Assembly: GCA_963827165.1 (NCBI GenBank) | Contig: CAWGZR010000005.1 | Span: forward strand, 32,001 to 96,000 | Direction: 5' to 3' | Source of the DNA: Candidatus Bathyarchaeota archaeon | GTDB lineage: Archaea > Thermoproteota > Bathyarchaeia > Bathyarchaeales > Bathycorpusculaceae | Length of the DNA: 64,000 bases | In this document: piece after piece, positions 1 through 9,263 of the stretch | Layout of the letters: each line of letters starts with the position of its first letter | Numbering within the stretch: the first letter of the stretch is position 1 | The notes under the pieces: model-generated | Told to the model about the DNA's origin: nothing | Database searches by the model: none | What the model saw: only the letters and a program-made list of their open reading frames with translations | Translations under genes and position numbers: made by a program

Positions 1-332
1 GTGCTGGAGCCAGACCCAGTGTCATATACAGCGCCTAACCCCATCCAGTTATTAAAAGAATTCGAACCCATTCCTATCGCGTCGAGTGCTACATCAGCGT
101 ATACTGCGGTCACGGTGGTTTCAGGCTGGCCAATTATACACCCATAAGGTCCAGATGTCTGAGGTGACGCACTAGATATTTGCGTCGAATTTATCTGTGA
201 TGGTATAAACGATCCGCCTATTGAGTTAACCACAGCTCCATGTATGGGCTGCAAAAAAACATTTGCCACCATCAAGCTCAAGAGCATGACTGCAATTATT
301 CCAACTATTCTTTTTCCTTGTCTCACTTTCAA
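1..332 (-). CDS. Secreted protein, 5' part (runs off the window edge)
   Basis: Manual translation from TTG at 332: MKVRQGKRIVGIIAVMLLSLMVANVFLQPIHGAVVNS..., open to position 1; basic N-region plus hydrophobic signal peptide. Confidence 0.7.
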   Translation of the reverse strand, partial: MKVRQGKRIVGIIAVMLLSLMVANVFLQPIHGAVVNSIGGSFIPSQINSTQISSASPQTSGPYGCIIGQPETTVTAVYADVALDAIGMGSNSFNNWMGLGAVYDTGSGSS

Positions 333-624
333 ATTCCTCGCGGTTGTTATGGATTGGTTGTATAAGAGACTTTCGTAAGACACTATAAACCAACCGTTTG
401 CTTGTCAGGTCTTCAAGAAAAAAATTGCGTGTGTTCAGTAATCCCAGAGGTCGACAAAGGAGTTCTGAAGTCAGGGATAGGAAATAAATTTAGCTCCCAA
501 AAACAAAAATGCTGCAAACCGTTTTAGCGCCCGTCCTCACGACGCTCCAACATATACAGTTAATTACTCCCCTAACATTTAGCAACTCAATTTAAGTTTG
601 CTTCGCAAAAGCAGAAGGACATGC

Positions 625-2124
625 ATGAAAAATAGACTGATAATAGCCTTATCACTTATGGTAATAGCGGTCATTACAATATCATTGCTTGCGGCTTCAG
701 AAAATAAACTGCCTTCTCCCTCTCTTGTTGGGGCTAAGAAGCCCTTCTATCTTGGCGTCACATACTGCGGCAGTTCGGTTGCCGGGGCCGACCAATTAAT
801 CGACAGCATAAAGAATTGCACTAATCTGTTTGTAGTGCAGTCTGGACCCTTGATGGATAATCTTACCGACCTAAATCAGGTATGCAGCTATGCTGTTCAG
901 GCTGGGTTGAAGATTATAGCGTACTTCACCAACACCAGTCCCACCGTAAATGTGCCCTCATTCATCAGCCATGCTCAGGCTACGTGGGGCAGCAACTTTC
1001 TGGGTGTCTATTATTGTGATGAGCCTGGAGGAAAAATGCTTGATACCGGAATTGCTGTAACTTCCGACGATTTGATTATAAGTGGAGCATATGGCGAAGT
1101 CGATGAAATTCCCCAAAACCAAACTCAACCCCAACTTTCCTACTCTACATCGGGCATAGTATCAATAGTACGGTTCACCAACCAGTCAACTGTAAGCCCG
1201 TTTCTAACACCTGTCATTACAACTTATTACCCTAACGGCACCATTACTTATACAGCTTTTACGACACTAATCTACGAGCCAAACGGCAAAGTTCTAAACG
1301 AAAACGGGCAAGTTGTAACTAACCAGGGTAACATTTCGCAGTTTGAACCCTACCAGCAAGTCCTGAATCAAGACCCTCTGCTCAATTACACCGATGCTGC
1401 TAACTTATACGTGAGCAATTTAAAGTCGACGTTGTCTGGTATTGGCAATCAAACAGACGTTAATCTTTTCACCTCTGATTATGGGCTCTACTGGTATGAT
1501 TACCTAGCAGGTTATAACACCGTATTTGCTGAACAATTTGGGACAAACGCCGACACACAAGCCTTAGCTTTAGTGCGGGGTGCTGCTGACATGCAGGGTA
1601 AAAATTGGGGCGTTATGATTGAGCCTTCATGCCAGTCGCCGCTTACACTTCAAACGGGCGATCAAATATACGGCGAGCTAAAACAGGCATATGAGGATGG
1701 CGCTGAGTATGCGGTGTTATTCAACTATGCGCCAAATTGCAATAGTACATTAGGGCTTTTACGGGACGAGCAGTTTGCCGCAATTCAGAGATTCTGGGAA
1801 AATGTCGTACAGAACCCTAAAGAAACCAATAACGTCACTGTGCAAGTCGCATTGGTTTTGCCTGCTAACTATGGGTTCAGCATTTCAAGCGCGGGGCACG
1901 ACACGACAAGCAAAATTGACACTATTTGGGGTATATGGGGACCAGACGTAAACTCGAAGCAGGTTTGCAGCTCAGTGCAGCAGTCCCTTGCTAAATATGG
2001 GTCAAGACTTGATATCATATATGCGGATTCAGGTTATCCGACCGCTGGAAGATATCAACAGGTGATATACTGGAATATCCCTCGACAACCCTTCTTAATG
2101 ATAAAGCAGTGGCTCAATGTTTAG
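625..2124 (+). CDS. Secreted/membrane-anchored hypothetical protein, possibly glycoside-hydrolase-like TIM barrel
   Basis: N-terminal signal/TM (MKNRLIIALSLMVIAV), GVYYCDEPGG and LFTSDYGLYWYDY motifs, many N-x-S/T sequons; ATG at 625 preferred over TTG at 598. Confidence 0.65.
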   Translation: MKNRLIIALSLMVIAVITISLLAASENKLPSPSLVGAKKPFYLGVTYCGSSVAGADQLIDSIKNCTNLFVVQSGPLMDNLTDLNQVCSYAVQAGLKIIAYFTNTSPTVNVPSFISHAQATWGSNFLGVYYCDEPGGKMLDTGIAVTSDDLIISGAYGEVDEIPQNQTQPQLSYSTSGIVSIVRFTNQSTVSPFLTPVITTYYPNGTITYTAFTTLIYEPNGKVLNENGQVVTNQGNISQFEPYQQVLNQDPLLNYTDAANLYVSNLKSTLSGIGNQTDVNLFTSDYGLYWYDYLAGYNTVFAEQFGTNADTQALALVRGAADMQGKNWGVMIEPSCQSPLTLQTGDQIYGELKQAYEDGAEYAVLFNYAPNCNSTLGLLRDEQFAAIQRFWENVVQNPKETNNVTVQVALVLPANYGFSISSAGHDTTSKIDTIWGIWGPDVNSKQVCSSVQQSLAKYGSRLDIIYADSGYPTAGRYQQVIYWNIPRQPFLMIKQWLNV

Positions 2125-2798
2125 GGGCCGTGCAATTCGTTGTGTTGTTGTGTTCTCTGTTGCTGTATTAATTAAGCATCGAAAAACCGAAAACCTTTCA
2201 AAAAGCGCTTCTACGCGGCTGAGACTACCTTACCTTCATTTTTTTAGTTATTTAGGGCACAATCCTCTTATACGATAATTGATGTTTAGGTTTGTGCAAC
2301 GTTGGCGCTTTTGGGTATGTTTACGCTTTACTGTTGCTTATTGTAGGCAAGCTCAAAAGCGACGTTAGCGCGCGATTGCATCTAGGTAATAATGGTGCCT
2401 CTGGACCTGAATTGTCGGTTTTTGTCCATCGCAGTGTCATAAAATTTAGCATTTGACTTTCCGAGAAAAAGGCTGTTGTTACGTCTTAACAACAATCGTT
2501 AAATATTAACAACCCAAAAAATAGTGAGAGACCTCGCAAAATGCGAAAACACGATGTAACCATAGCCCTCTCAAACCGCATACTCCAAAAAAAGTGACCA
2601 AGAAGCTACAAAGTGCAAGAAAAGATCAGGAAGCGAATACACGAAATTATTCTTCGAAGAGCTCTTTTTACGCCTTCAAACTTGGACAGACAAAGAGTCT
2701 CCTTAAAGCTTATCAAAGAAAGCTTGTTCGCGAATAAACTTTTCTTGAGTATCCTATTATGATAATAGTCTCGATTGTTTTGATTTCTAACAAAATAT

Positions 2799-3662
2799 TT
2801 AATAGAGCGGTGGATTCTGGACTACCTGCCCTGTTGCCGCATCAATTAAGATAAAATCCATAGGTGGCATACTTAGTATGCCAGATTTTTGCATATCTAT
2901 TTGCCAGACATAAATGTAAATTACACCATTACCGGTGACATGTGAATAGTTTTCTGGAGGATTTGTCAAGTCGCCTGTTGATGGATTAACCTTAATCGGC
3001 AGTGATTCACTGTGAACGGTGTCGTTGGTCACAATGGACCAGGGCATGAGATTAATGTACAATGTCATGCCTTGAAGTGACGTTTTGTTCCAGTCATCAG
3101 CTTCTAAGCCTATTAGGAGTGCTTGGTACATTGAAACTGGCGGTCTAAATGAAGAATTAGTATCTGTAATGGGAACTACTCCAAATCTACTATAGTATGC
3201 TGCTGCGTCTTTCCCGTTAACTTGGTCAAATTCTTTCTGAATTGAGGTTGTTTGATTGTACTCAAATAATGCAATCGCCGAGCTCGCAATCAAAAGAGCT
3301 ATCAGCATAAAGGCAACTGGTTTCAAGCCTAACTTACCGCCAAAGAAGCGTCTATGTGCTTTTTCTCGTCCGCTACTTTTTGGTGATGCGTTCTCTACGG
3401 TTTGCACAGTTAACAGAGCATCTTTTCCTTCGTCAGATAAGCAATATTTGCCATATTCATCAGTTTTTATCAAGCCGTTAAGTTTAGTTAGGTGATGTTG
3501 CAGGTGTCCGCTACTTTCAATGGCTGTCTTTTTCTTCAATTCAGCAAACCCTAAAGCACCTTCGCTTAGAACCTTCAGAATCAGTATACGTGTTGGATGC
3601 CCAAGTGCGTCAAATACCTCTGCACGTTGCCTGTCATGCTCTACCTGTTTTTCATCTTCCAT
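2799..3662 (-). CDS. ArsR-type wHTH regulator fused to a TM helix and an extracellular domain
   Basis: FDALGHPTRILILKVL...HLQHHLTKL wHTH; central TM helix; C-terminal ILIDAATGQV (PepSY-like). Confidence 0.8.
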   Translation of the reverse strand: MEDEKQVEHDRQRAEVFDALGHPTRILILKVLSEGALGFAELKKKTAIESSGHLQHHLTKLNGLIKTDEYGKYCLSDEGKDALLTVQTVENASPKSSGREKAHRRFFGGKLGLKPVAFMLIALLIASSAIALFEYNQTTSIQKEFDQVNGKDAAAYYSRFGVVPITDTNSSFRPPVSMYQALLIGLEADDWNKTSLQGMTLYINLMPWSIVTNDTVHSESLPIKVNPSTGDLTNPPENYSHVTGNGVIYIYVWQIDMQKSGILSMPPMDFILIDAATGQVVQNPPLY

Positions 3663-3753
3663 TTTCGCCCTCTCCTAGTTTCTTGTTCATCAATGTCCAA
3701 TACTCTATTTAATACCTCTTTTGTAGACCAAATAAAAAGTAAATGAACAATTA

Positions 3754-3783
3754 GTCCAGTTTTCTGGACACAATATTGTCCAG
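3754..3783. promoter_or_regulatory. Overlapping inverted repeats, candidate operator between divergent genes
   Basis: GTCCAG-tttt-CTGGAC (3754-3769) and CTGGACA-caatat-TGTCCAG (3764-3783). Confidence 0.5.
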
Positions 3784-3877
3784 TCAAAAAAAAGCGTGAC
3801 CTAGTCGATTAATGATTAAGCAAAAACTAACTGACAATACTGTATAGAGTCTATATCCACATCGCATATTAAGAGTT

Positions 3878-5227
3878 GTGATATGTGATATGTTGGGGAT
3901 TATGAAGATGAATAAAAAATTTAAACTACTCTTAACGTCAACAATTTTGATTGCAATTCTCGCAATATCATGCAGTTATGCAATATTGACGCCAATTGCA
4001 AAGGCAGAGACAGAAACGAACTCAGGTGGACCACAAATTACTGCGGCTTCTTCAAATGGAACCTTAACCACACCAATTTATATGCCTGGAATCGGGAATT
4101 CAACTCAGTCAGCAAACATAGACCCTTCTTCGACCAATTTAAAAGCAAACAACATTACGTTAGCTGATTCAACAATTCTTAGTGCGCAGCCAATGACTTG
4201 GGGAAATCGTTGGTGGATAATTGATCAATGGACGACGCCTTCATACATGAGTGGTTCATTTACAGCTGTTGCCGATTCATTCCAAGGCTGGAGTTCTGGT
4301 GATGCAATTATTTATGAGCCCATGAACGTGGCTTATGGTACATCCAGCTCAAATTTCAACTGGTTCCAGTTTTGTATATTCTTTAATCAGAACGGGACCG
4401 TAAATTGGGGTGTCCAAGATACTCCATTAGGTGGATCTAGTTATACATGGTATCCAGCGCCAATGTCTTATACAGTGGGGCACTCCTATAGTTTCTCCTT
4501 CACCACATCTGGCAGTAGCACTGTTGTCTTCAGTCTAACTGACACTACAACTAACAATCCACAAACACATAGCTTCAGTTCTCCCGGAGTGACAATTCTA
4601 GTGAATCCTATCTATAATAGCCAAGAGAGTTATTCGCCAGCAAGTTGTGTTGAAGGCTGGAACAATGCCAACCAAGTGACTAACGCCCCAACTTTTACAA
4701 CAACAATTGGCACAGGTGAAAGCAATTACTACTATTGGACATTTGTATCTACAGGTGCTGCGATAAATGGTGTTACTACTAATGTTGTTGTAAGCGGCTC
4801 TAATTACCAGTGGTCAATGACACCGGCGACGTTTATATCAAGCCTCTACGGAAATCCCATACCGATTGGACAAGGATCAGTTACAAATGCAAACTATATC
4901 ATAGGCGCACCTAACAGTCAAGATGCAGTAATTTATGGAGGAAATCCTGGCGATGGCGGAAGCATAGGTGGAAATTTAGTTACAAGTACTGGCGGAACAA
5001 TTGTGGTTGATGGTTATGTTTCACCCGGCTACTATAGCGACCTGATTATATACGTGTCCGTTGATGGGTCAACATGGATTCAGGCAGGAAGTATCCTTGT
5101 TGGGTCGAATTCCGGAACACATATTGATGTATGCACATATTCTAGCGCTTTCAACTACATTCAAGTTACCGGCTATGACTATACAGATAGCGTAAACTTT
5201 CATTTAGACGCCGTTTATGTAACATAG
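3878..5227 (+). CDS. Secreted Ser/Thr/Gly-rich beta-sandwich protein
   Basis: Signal peptide, Trp/Tyr-rich beta-strand composition, C-terminal YVSVDGSTW...LDAVYVT jelly-roll-like motif; true start probably ATG near 3902-3908. Confidence 0.7.
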   Translation: MICDMLGIMKMNKKFKLLLTSTILIAILAISCSYAILTPIAKAETETNSGGPQITAASSNGTLTTPIYMPGIGNSTQSANIDPSSTNLKANNITLADSTILSAQPMTWGNRWWIIDQWTTPSYMSGSFTAVADSFQGWSSGDAIIYEPMNVAYGTSSSNFNWFQFCIFFNQNGTVNWGVQDTPLGGSSYTWYPAPMSYTVGHSYSFSFTTSGSSTVVFSLTDTTTNNPQTHSFSSPGVTILVNPIYNSQESYSPASCVEGWNNANQVTNAPTFTTTIGTGESNYYYWTFVSTGAAINGVTTNVVVSGSNYQWSMTPATFISSLYGNPIPIGQGSVTNANYIIGAPNSQDAVIYGGNPGDGGSIGGNLVTSTGGTIVVDGYVSPGYYSDLIIYVSVDGSTWIQAGSILVGSNSGTHIDVCTYSSAFNYIQVTGYDYTDSVNFHLDAVYVT

Positions 5228-5652
5228 CGGTAAAAACCGTATATAGGACAATTAGCCTTTTTTTTCTTTATATTCTACCCTAAATGTTCGGTTATGTTAC
5301 TTTTGAAGCAAAATATGCCGATAACTCTTTTGTTCTTTAAACTCCCAATCCTTTTATTTGCAACCTTAGCAATGAAGTCGGGGAAAACGCTAAGTAACCT
5401 TCTTAGGCAGCGAAATCGGAACGAAGAAAACAAACTCTTGATACATAGCTGAAAACGCCGTCTTTAATAGAAGACAAGTACTCCTTAATTATTCCGCCCC
5501 TAAAATAACCAATAACCTATTAAGTGATATTACAAAGTAAACCGAGAAATTCATTTTAGCTTTAATTGATCGTCACAAGAAAATTTGCGTAGTTTTACCT
5601 AACTAACAAGATGTATGAGATAATTGTAGCGGCGGGCGACGGTTTTTTGTGT

Positions 5653-6111
5653 TCAAGCAATTTTCTTTTCTGTTTCGCTCCAAATTTCCACTGCAAAGCT
5701 GGTTAGTGCCCAATGCCAACCGCGCTTTTCCACAACATGCTCGCCGAATTCTTTCTCTAAGCGTTTATTCATTCTTAGAATTCTCCTGCTGACCTGATGC
5801 CTGTTAACCTTAAACCTTTGAAGCTTAACAGCCAAATCCTTCGGCAGCAGCCCTGAAGAACCAACCTCAAAGAGTCCCTGCAAAATCTCACGGTCTACCT
5901 CATCAGAACACACAACTCGCTCGATTAGTGATTGCTCAAAATTGAAAGAACCCTTCAGGCCAGCGAAAATCGTGCGTAACATCAGCTTGACCTCTTCAAC
6001 CTCTGCCAACGTCTGCTTGAGGAGTTGCTGGTTATACTTCAAGCGACCAATTTTATCGCTTTGACTGCGCTTCTTTTTGTTATTTTGAACAGGTTTTTCA
6101 GCGGTTTCCAT
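5653..6111 (-). CDS. Coiled-coil + wHTH protein of a plasmid/virus-like module
   Basis: DREILQGL..GLLPKDLA..VNRHQVSRRILRMN..VEKRGWHWALT wHTH pattern; start taken at METAEK (6111). Confidence 0.65.
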   Translation of the reverse strand: METAEKPVQNNKKKRSQSDKIGRLKYNQQLLKQTLAEVEEVKLMLRTIFAGLKGSFNFEQSLIERVVCSDEVDREILQGLFEVGSSGLLPKDLAVKLQRFKVNRHQVSRRILRMNKRLEKEFGEHVVEKRGWHWALTSFAVEIWSETEKKIA

Positions 6112-6297
6112 GACAGAACGCTCACTCCAAGAATTTTTCTCCATCAACACAGGGCAAAAATGACAGTAGGTAATCAGGACCAAACAGTGGCAGAAAAGCG
6201 GGTCCTGAAAAGCATGGACTTTTCCCATGCCCTAAGCATACTGCTGAAATGTCTTTTGAACAGGTTTTAACAGCCATTAGCGCAGAAATAACCGAAG

Positions 6298-7209
6298 TCA
6301 AACGGTGTACTCCCCAAGTTTTCTCTGTCCTTCAGCCAGCTTTTGCGGGTCAGCCTCATCATCTACTCGCCCAAGGGCTTCAATTAGCTGCTCAAATTTA
6401 ATCTCAAGCCGATCCAATTTCTTATCGATCCGCTTGACTTTCTCAGGCATCTGCATATAATCAATCGCCGCATCTTTGCCGATGTTCTCAAGCTCGCCTT
6501 CGCCCCAGCTGTGATCAATCTTGCGACGCCCCGCTCTAACACTGAAGTATCTGCCAAACAGTTTCGCGATAGGATCCTCAACAGCCATTTCGCCGCCACA
6601 AAATGCTCCCTCAGCTAAGATAACTCCGTATTTCTTAGCTAAAGCCACCGCAATGCGATTACTCAGGTTCATGGCTAAGCCGTAAACTTCCGCCGGGTTC
6701 TTACCTCGAATCACCGGCACATGAACAATCCAACTCTTTGAAGTATGCCTAACCTTAACACCCTGCTCCAAACCCAAAAGAGCCGTCCAATTCTGCATCT
6801 CCACAGCCTTAAACTTCCCATCAGGATAACGCCCCTCTGCCAAAATCTTAAAAGACACTTGGCACTTGTCCAGCCGGTGCAACTCGCCAGGAAAAACTCT
6901 GCCCTCACATGACTTGAGAAGATTTGAGCCCTCGGTTGTAAGGGCATAAAAGGTTGCGCTGCTGCGTTTCTCCTGGTAGATTAGGCCTGCTTTTTGTAGC
7001 TTGCCGATGTAGTACCATACGTGGGAACGGCTTAAACCCAAGATTCTGCCAGCTTGAGTGGGGTAATCACCTGCATAAATGCGCTTCATCAAAGGAAGAA
7101 CCCATGTGCGGACTTTATCGCTGTCAAACTGCACGCTACCTGTGGCTTGATGTCTAGTTGTACTTTGAGCATTTTCAGCACCAACTTTTGTACTTTGATT
7201 TTCAACCAA
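6298..7209 (-). CDS. wHTH-domain protein with C-terminal coiled coil; candidate replication/maintenance protein of an integrated element
   Basis: N-terminal wHTH (LGLSRSHVWYYIGKLQKAGLI), central IDHSWGEGELE motif, coiled-coil tail; function inferred from context only. Confidence 0.6.
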   Translation of the reverse strand: MVENQSTKVGAENAQSTTRHQATGSVQFDSDKVRTWVLPLMKRIYAGDYPTQAGRILGLSRSHVWYYIGKLQKAGLIYQEKRSSATFYALTTEGSNLLKSCEGRVFPGELHRLDKCQVSFKILAEGRYPDGKFKAVEMQNWTALLGLEQGVKVRHTSKSWIVHVPVIRGKNPAEVYGLAMNLSNRIAVALAKKYGVILAEGAFCGGEMAVEDPIAKLFGRYFSVRAGRRKIDHSWGEGELENIGKDAAIDYMQMPEKVKRIDKKLDRLEIKFEQLIEALGRVDDEADPQKLAEGQRKLGEYTV

Positions 7210-7212
7210 AAA

Positions 7213-7458
7213 TCAAGCCTCCAGCCGGTTGGATAAGGAGTCATTTATTTTCGCTTTGATCTCCTCCTCGAAAGCATCAACAGAAAGCGTTAGGTCATCT
7301 AACGAAATGCAAAGTTTTCTATTTTCTTCCCAAAGTAGCCGATTTTCTTTTTCCAGAACCGCAATCCTTTCTTCATATGTTAGTAGGACGCGCTGAACTT
7401 CTTGCAAAACATCCGATCTAATTCTGTCCCTTATTGAACCGTCGCCATTTTGAATCAT
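7213..7458 (-). CDS. Small coiled-coil protein
   Basis: Heptad pattern YEERIAVLEKENRLLWEENRKL; tightly coupled to its neighbours. Confidence 0.6.
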   Translation of the reverse strand: MIQNGDGSIRDRIRSDVLQEVQRVLLTYEERIAVLEKENRLLWEENRKLCISLDDLTLSVDAFEEEIKAKINDSLSNRLEA

Positions 7459-7724
7459 CGGTACCTGCCTCCAAAACGTCTACGCTCAAGAACTCCCCGC
7501 CCAGAACAAGAACCGCCGCCATGCGTACAATGCCGATTAGCAAAACTGTACCGCTTACACGAAATATCAGTTCCATCAGCAAACGCCAACTTTGCGAACT
7601 TGCAGAAAAACAAGTCCTTGGAACAAGTATCCATGACAGCGCAGTCTTTCGACTGAAGATTACTTATGCAAGGATAATATCCAAGAAGACACGGAGGCTT
7701 AAACGAATCAGCGACAAAGCTCAT
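7455..7724 (-). CDS. Small Cys-rich protein
   Basis: 89 aa with multiple Cys; 4-bp overlap with the downstream gene. Confidence 0.55.
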   Translation of the reverse strand: MSFVADSFKPPCLLGYYPCISNLQSKDCAVMDTCSKDLFFCKFAKLAFADGTDISCKRYSFANRHCTHGGGSCSGRGVLERRRFGGRYR

Positions 7725-7885
7725 TTAGGGCTGCCTCCTCTGGGCTGAAACTTAGAGCAAACGCTGCTTGAAGATAGCTGATTAATCGACTTCTTACCCT
7801 TCAAAGCGGGCTCAGAGCAGCGCCCACACCAAAAAACACAGTCCACACAACGAGGTTCTTCAACCTTCTGATTCTCAGTAAAATC
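7721..7885 (-). CDS. Small Zn-finger-like ORF absent from the ORF track; start codon unclear
   Basis: DFTENQKVEEPRCVDCVFWCGRC...VCSKFQPRGGSPK*; the stop overlaps the ATG of the next gene (ATGA). Confidence 0.45.
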   Translation of the reverse strand, partial: DFTENQKVEEPRCVDCVFWCGRCSEPALKGKKSINQLSSSSVCSKFQPRGGSPK

Positions 7886-7931
7886 TAAGAGCCTAAAAAA
7901 AGAGAAAAAATCAGTACCTTTTCTTGGCTGG

Positions 7932-7948
7932 GTTGGTGGGGCTGCCCG
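7932..7948 (-). repeat. att-like direct repeat of the tRNA-Pro 3' end
   Basis: GTTGGTGGGGCTGCCCG is identical to 13517-13533. Confidence 0.7.
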
Positions 7949-7963
7949 TCCCTAAACCCATTT

Positions 7964-8092
7964 GAGAGTGTGTGAAAACTCAAATTCAGTTTTAGAAATT
8001 GCGCCTTATATGAAAAAAACAACTCACACTTCGCCCAAATCATCATTAAAACAGCAATTTTCTGAAATTGAAAATGGTTTTTACACAGTCTC
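7964..8092. mobile_element. MITE-like element (~129 bp) with IS1182/IS5-like terminal inverted repeats
   Basis: GAGAGTGTGTGAAAACT (7964-7980) versus GGTTTTTACACAGTCTC (8076-8092), 14/17 complementary; a related lone end AGACTGTGTGAAAAGTC lies at 9350-9366. Confidence 0.55.
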
Positions 8093-8178
8093 GTTTTGGG
8101 GTAAGCCCGGTCCGGCTCGCCATACAAATCTTTGTTCAGACCACTCTACCTCTGTTTTTTGGCTTTTTCACCATTTGA

Positions 8179-9201
8179 TTTGTAGTCACCTCAGACGTTA
8201 AATATAAATAATGTAGTCACCAATTATAATTTGTGCACATTGAAATTAGGGAAAAAAACGGTTCAAAAAAATATTACCTTGCCCATTCCTTCAGGGATGC
8301 CGACAGCGTTAAGAAAGTTCGTGTTTTTCTCGGTAGAGACTTGACCAATGAAGCTCTTCTGTTGCGTAAGAAAAGCGCTGAAGCAGAACTTAAACAAAGA
8401 GTCAAGAAAGCAAAGGCGATAAACAGCCCTTTCTTTACTGTTCTATCGCCCATTGAGTTAAAGGAACTTGCAACGCTGGAGGTGCGTGGGGAGCTGCGCG
8501 TGCGCCATCTTTCAGAGTCTGATTGGACCAAGTTCAAGGAAACCTTCACTTACGACACAAACGCCATAGAAGGTTCTCGCGTAGACGTCAACGAAGTGAA
8601 AAATATTCTGGAAAACAAAGGTTGGCCTCAAGATAAAGGCAAAGAAGATATCGCTGAAACCTTCGGGGTGGCAGATGCAGTTGACTATATACGATCAACA
8701 AACGAGCACATCTCTTTAAAGCTTATCCAAGAACTCCATCTCACAGTCTTCAAGAATTCAAAACATTTTGCAGGAGATTTCCGCGAAAAAGGTGTAGAAG
8801 TGGTGGTCGCGGATGCCTTGGGCAATATTGTTCATCCGGGAGCTCCGTCGCAACATATTGAGCCATTGCTTAAAGAGTTAGTGCGATGGTATAACAAAAA
8901 CAAAACAAAGTGCCCGCCTCTTGTTTTGGCTGCTGTAGTTCATAACCAATTTGAAGTCATTCACCCCTTCCAAGATGGCAACGGGAGAGTCGGGCGACTA
9001 TTGCTAAACAACATATTACTAAAACATAATCTGCCACCCTTGAACATCGAATTAAAAAATCGAGCCCAATACTACGCCGCCCTACAAGCATACGAAAAAG
9101 AAAACAACATACGCCCAACGTTGGAGCTCATGCTAAAAGAATACCGTGCCCTCAAAAAAATCATCAAATAGGTGACTACAAAAAACGGAAATGTAGTCAC
9201 C
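8179..9201. repeat. Four TGTAGTCACC motifs flanking fic
   Basis: Copies at 8181, 8212, 9171 (inverted) and 9192. Confidence 0.85.
8233..9171 (+). CDS. fic: Fic-domain protein (class II, N-terminal inhibitory motif)
   Basis: Canonical HPFQDGNGRVGR motif; inhibitory TNAIEG motif; extra N-terminal beta-sheet domain (KKYYLAHSFR..VKKVRVFLG). Confidence 0.93.
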   Translation: MHIEIREKNGSKKYYLAHSFRDADSVKKVRVFLGRDLTNEALLLRKKSAEAELKQRVKKAKAINSPFFTVLSPIELKELATLEVRGELRVRHLSESDWTKFKETFTYDTNAIEGSRVDVNEVKNILENKGWPQDKGKEDIAETFGVADAVDYIRSTNEHISLKLIQELHLTVFKNSKHFAGDFREKGVEVVVADALGNIVHPGAPSQHIEPLLKELVRWYNKNKTKCPPLVLAAVVHNQFEVIHPFQDGNGRVGRLLLNNILLKHNLPPLNIELKNRAQYYAALQAYEKENNIRPTLELMLKEYRALKKIIK

Positions 9202-9216
9202 CAGAATTCCTGGCGG

Positions 9217-9263
9217 CTGTTTGACGTGCAGAAGGTCGCTGGTCTGAATCTGGTCCGACCTAC
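9217..9263 (+). pseudogene. Degenerate 3' half of tRNA-Val(GAC), att-site remnant
   Basis: ctgt-TTGACGT-gcag aaggtc gctgg tctgaat ctggt ccgacct: anticodon arm, variable loop, mutated T arm and acceptor 3' strand. Confidence 0.55.

Noticed and set aside
2541-2680. Ribbon-helix-helix gene remnant (MRKHDVTIALSNRIL...)
   Set aside because: Interrupted and too weak to call
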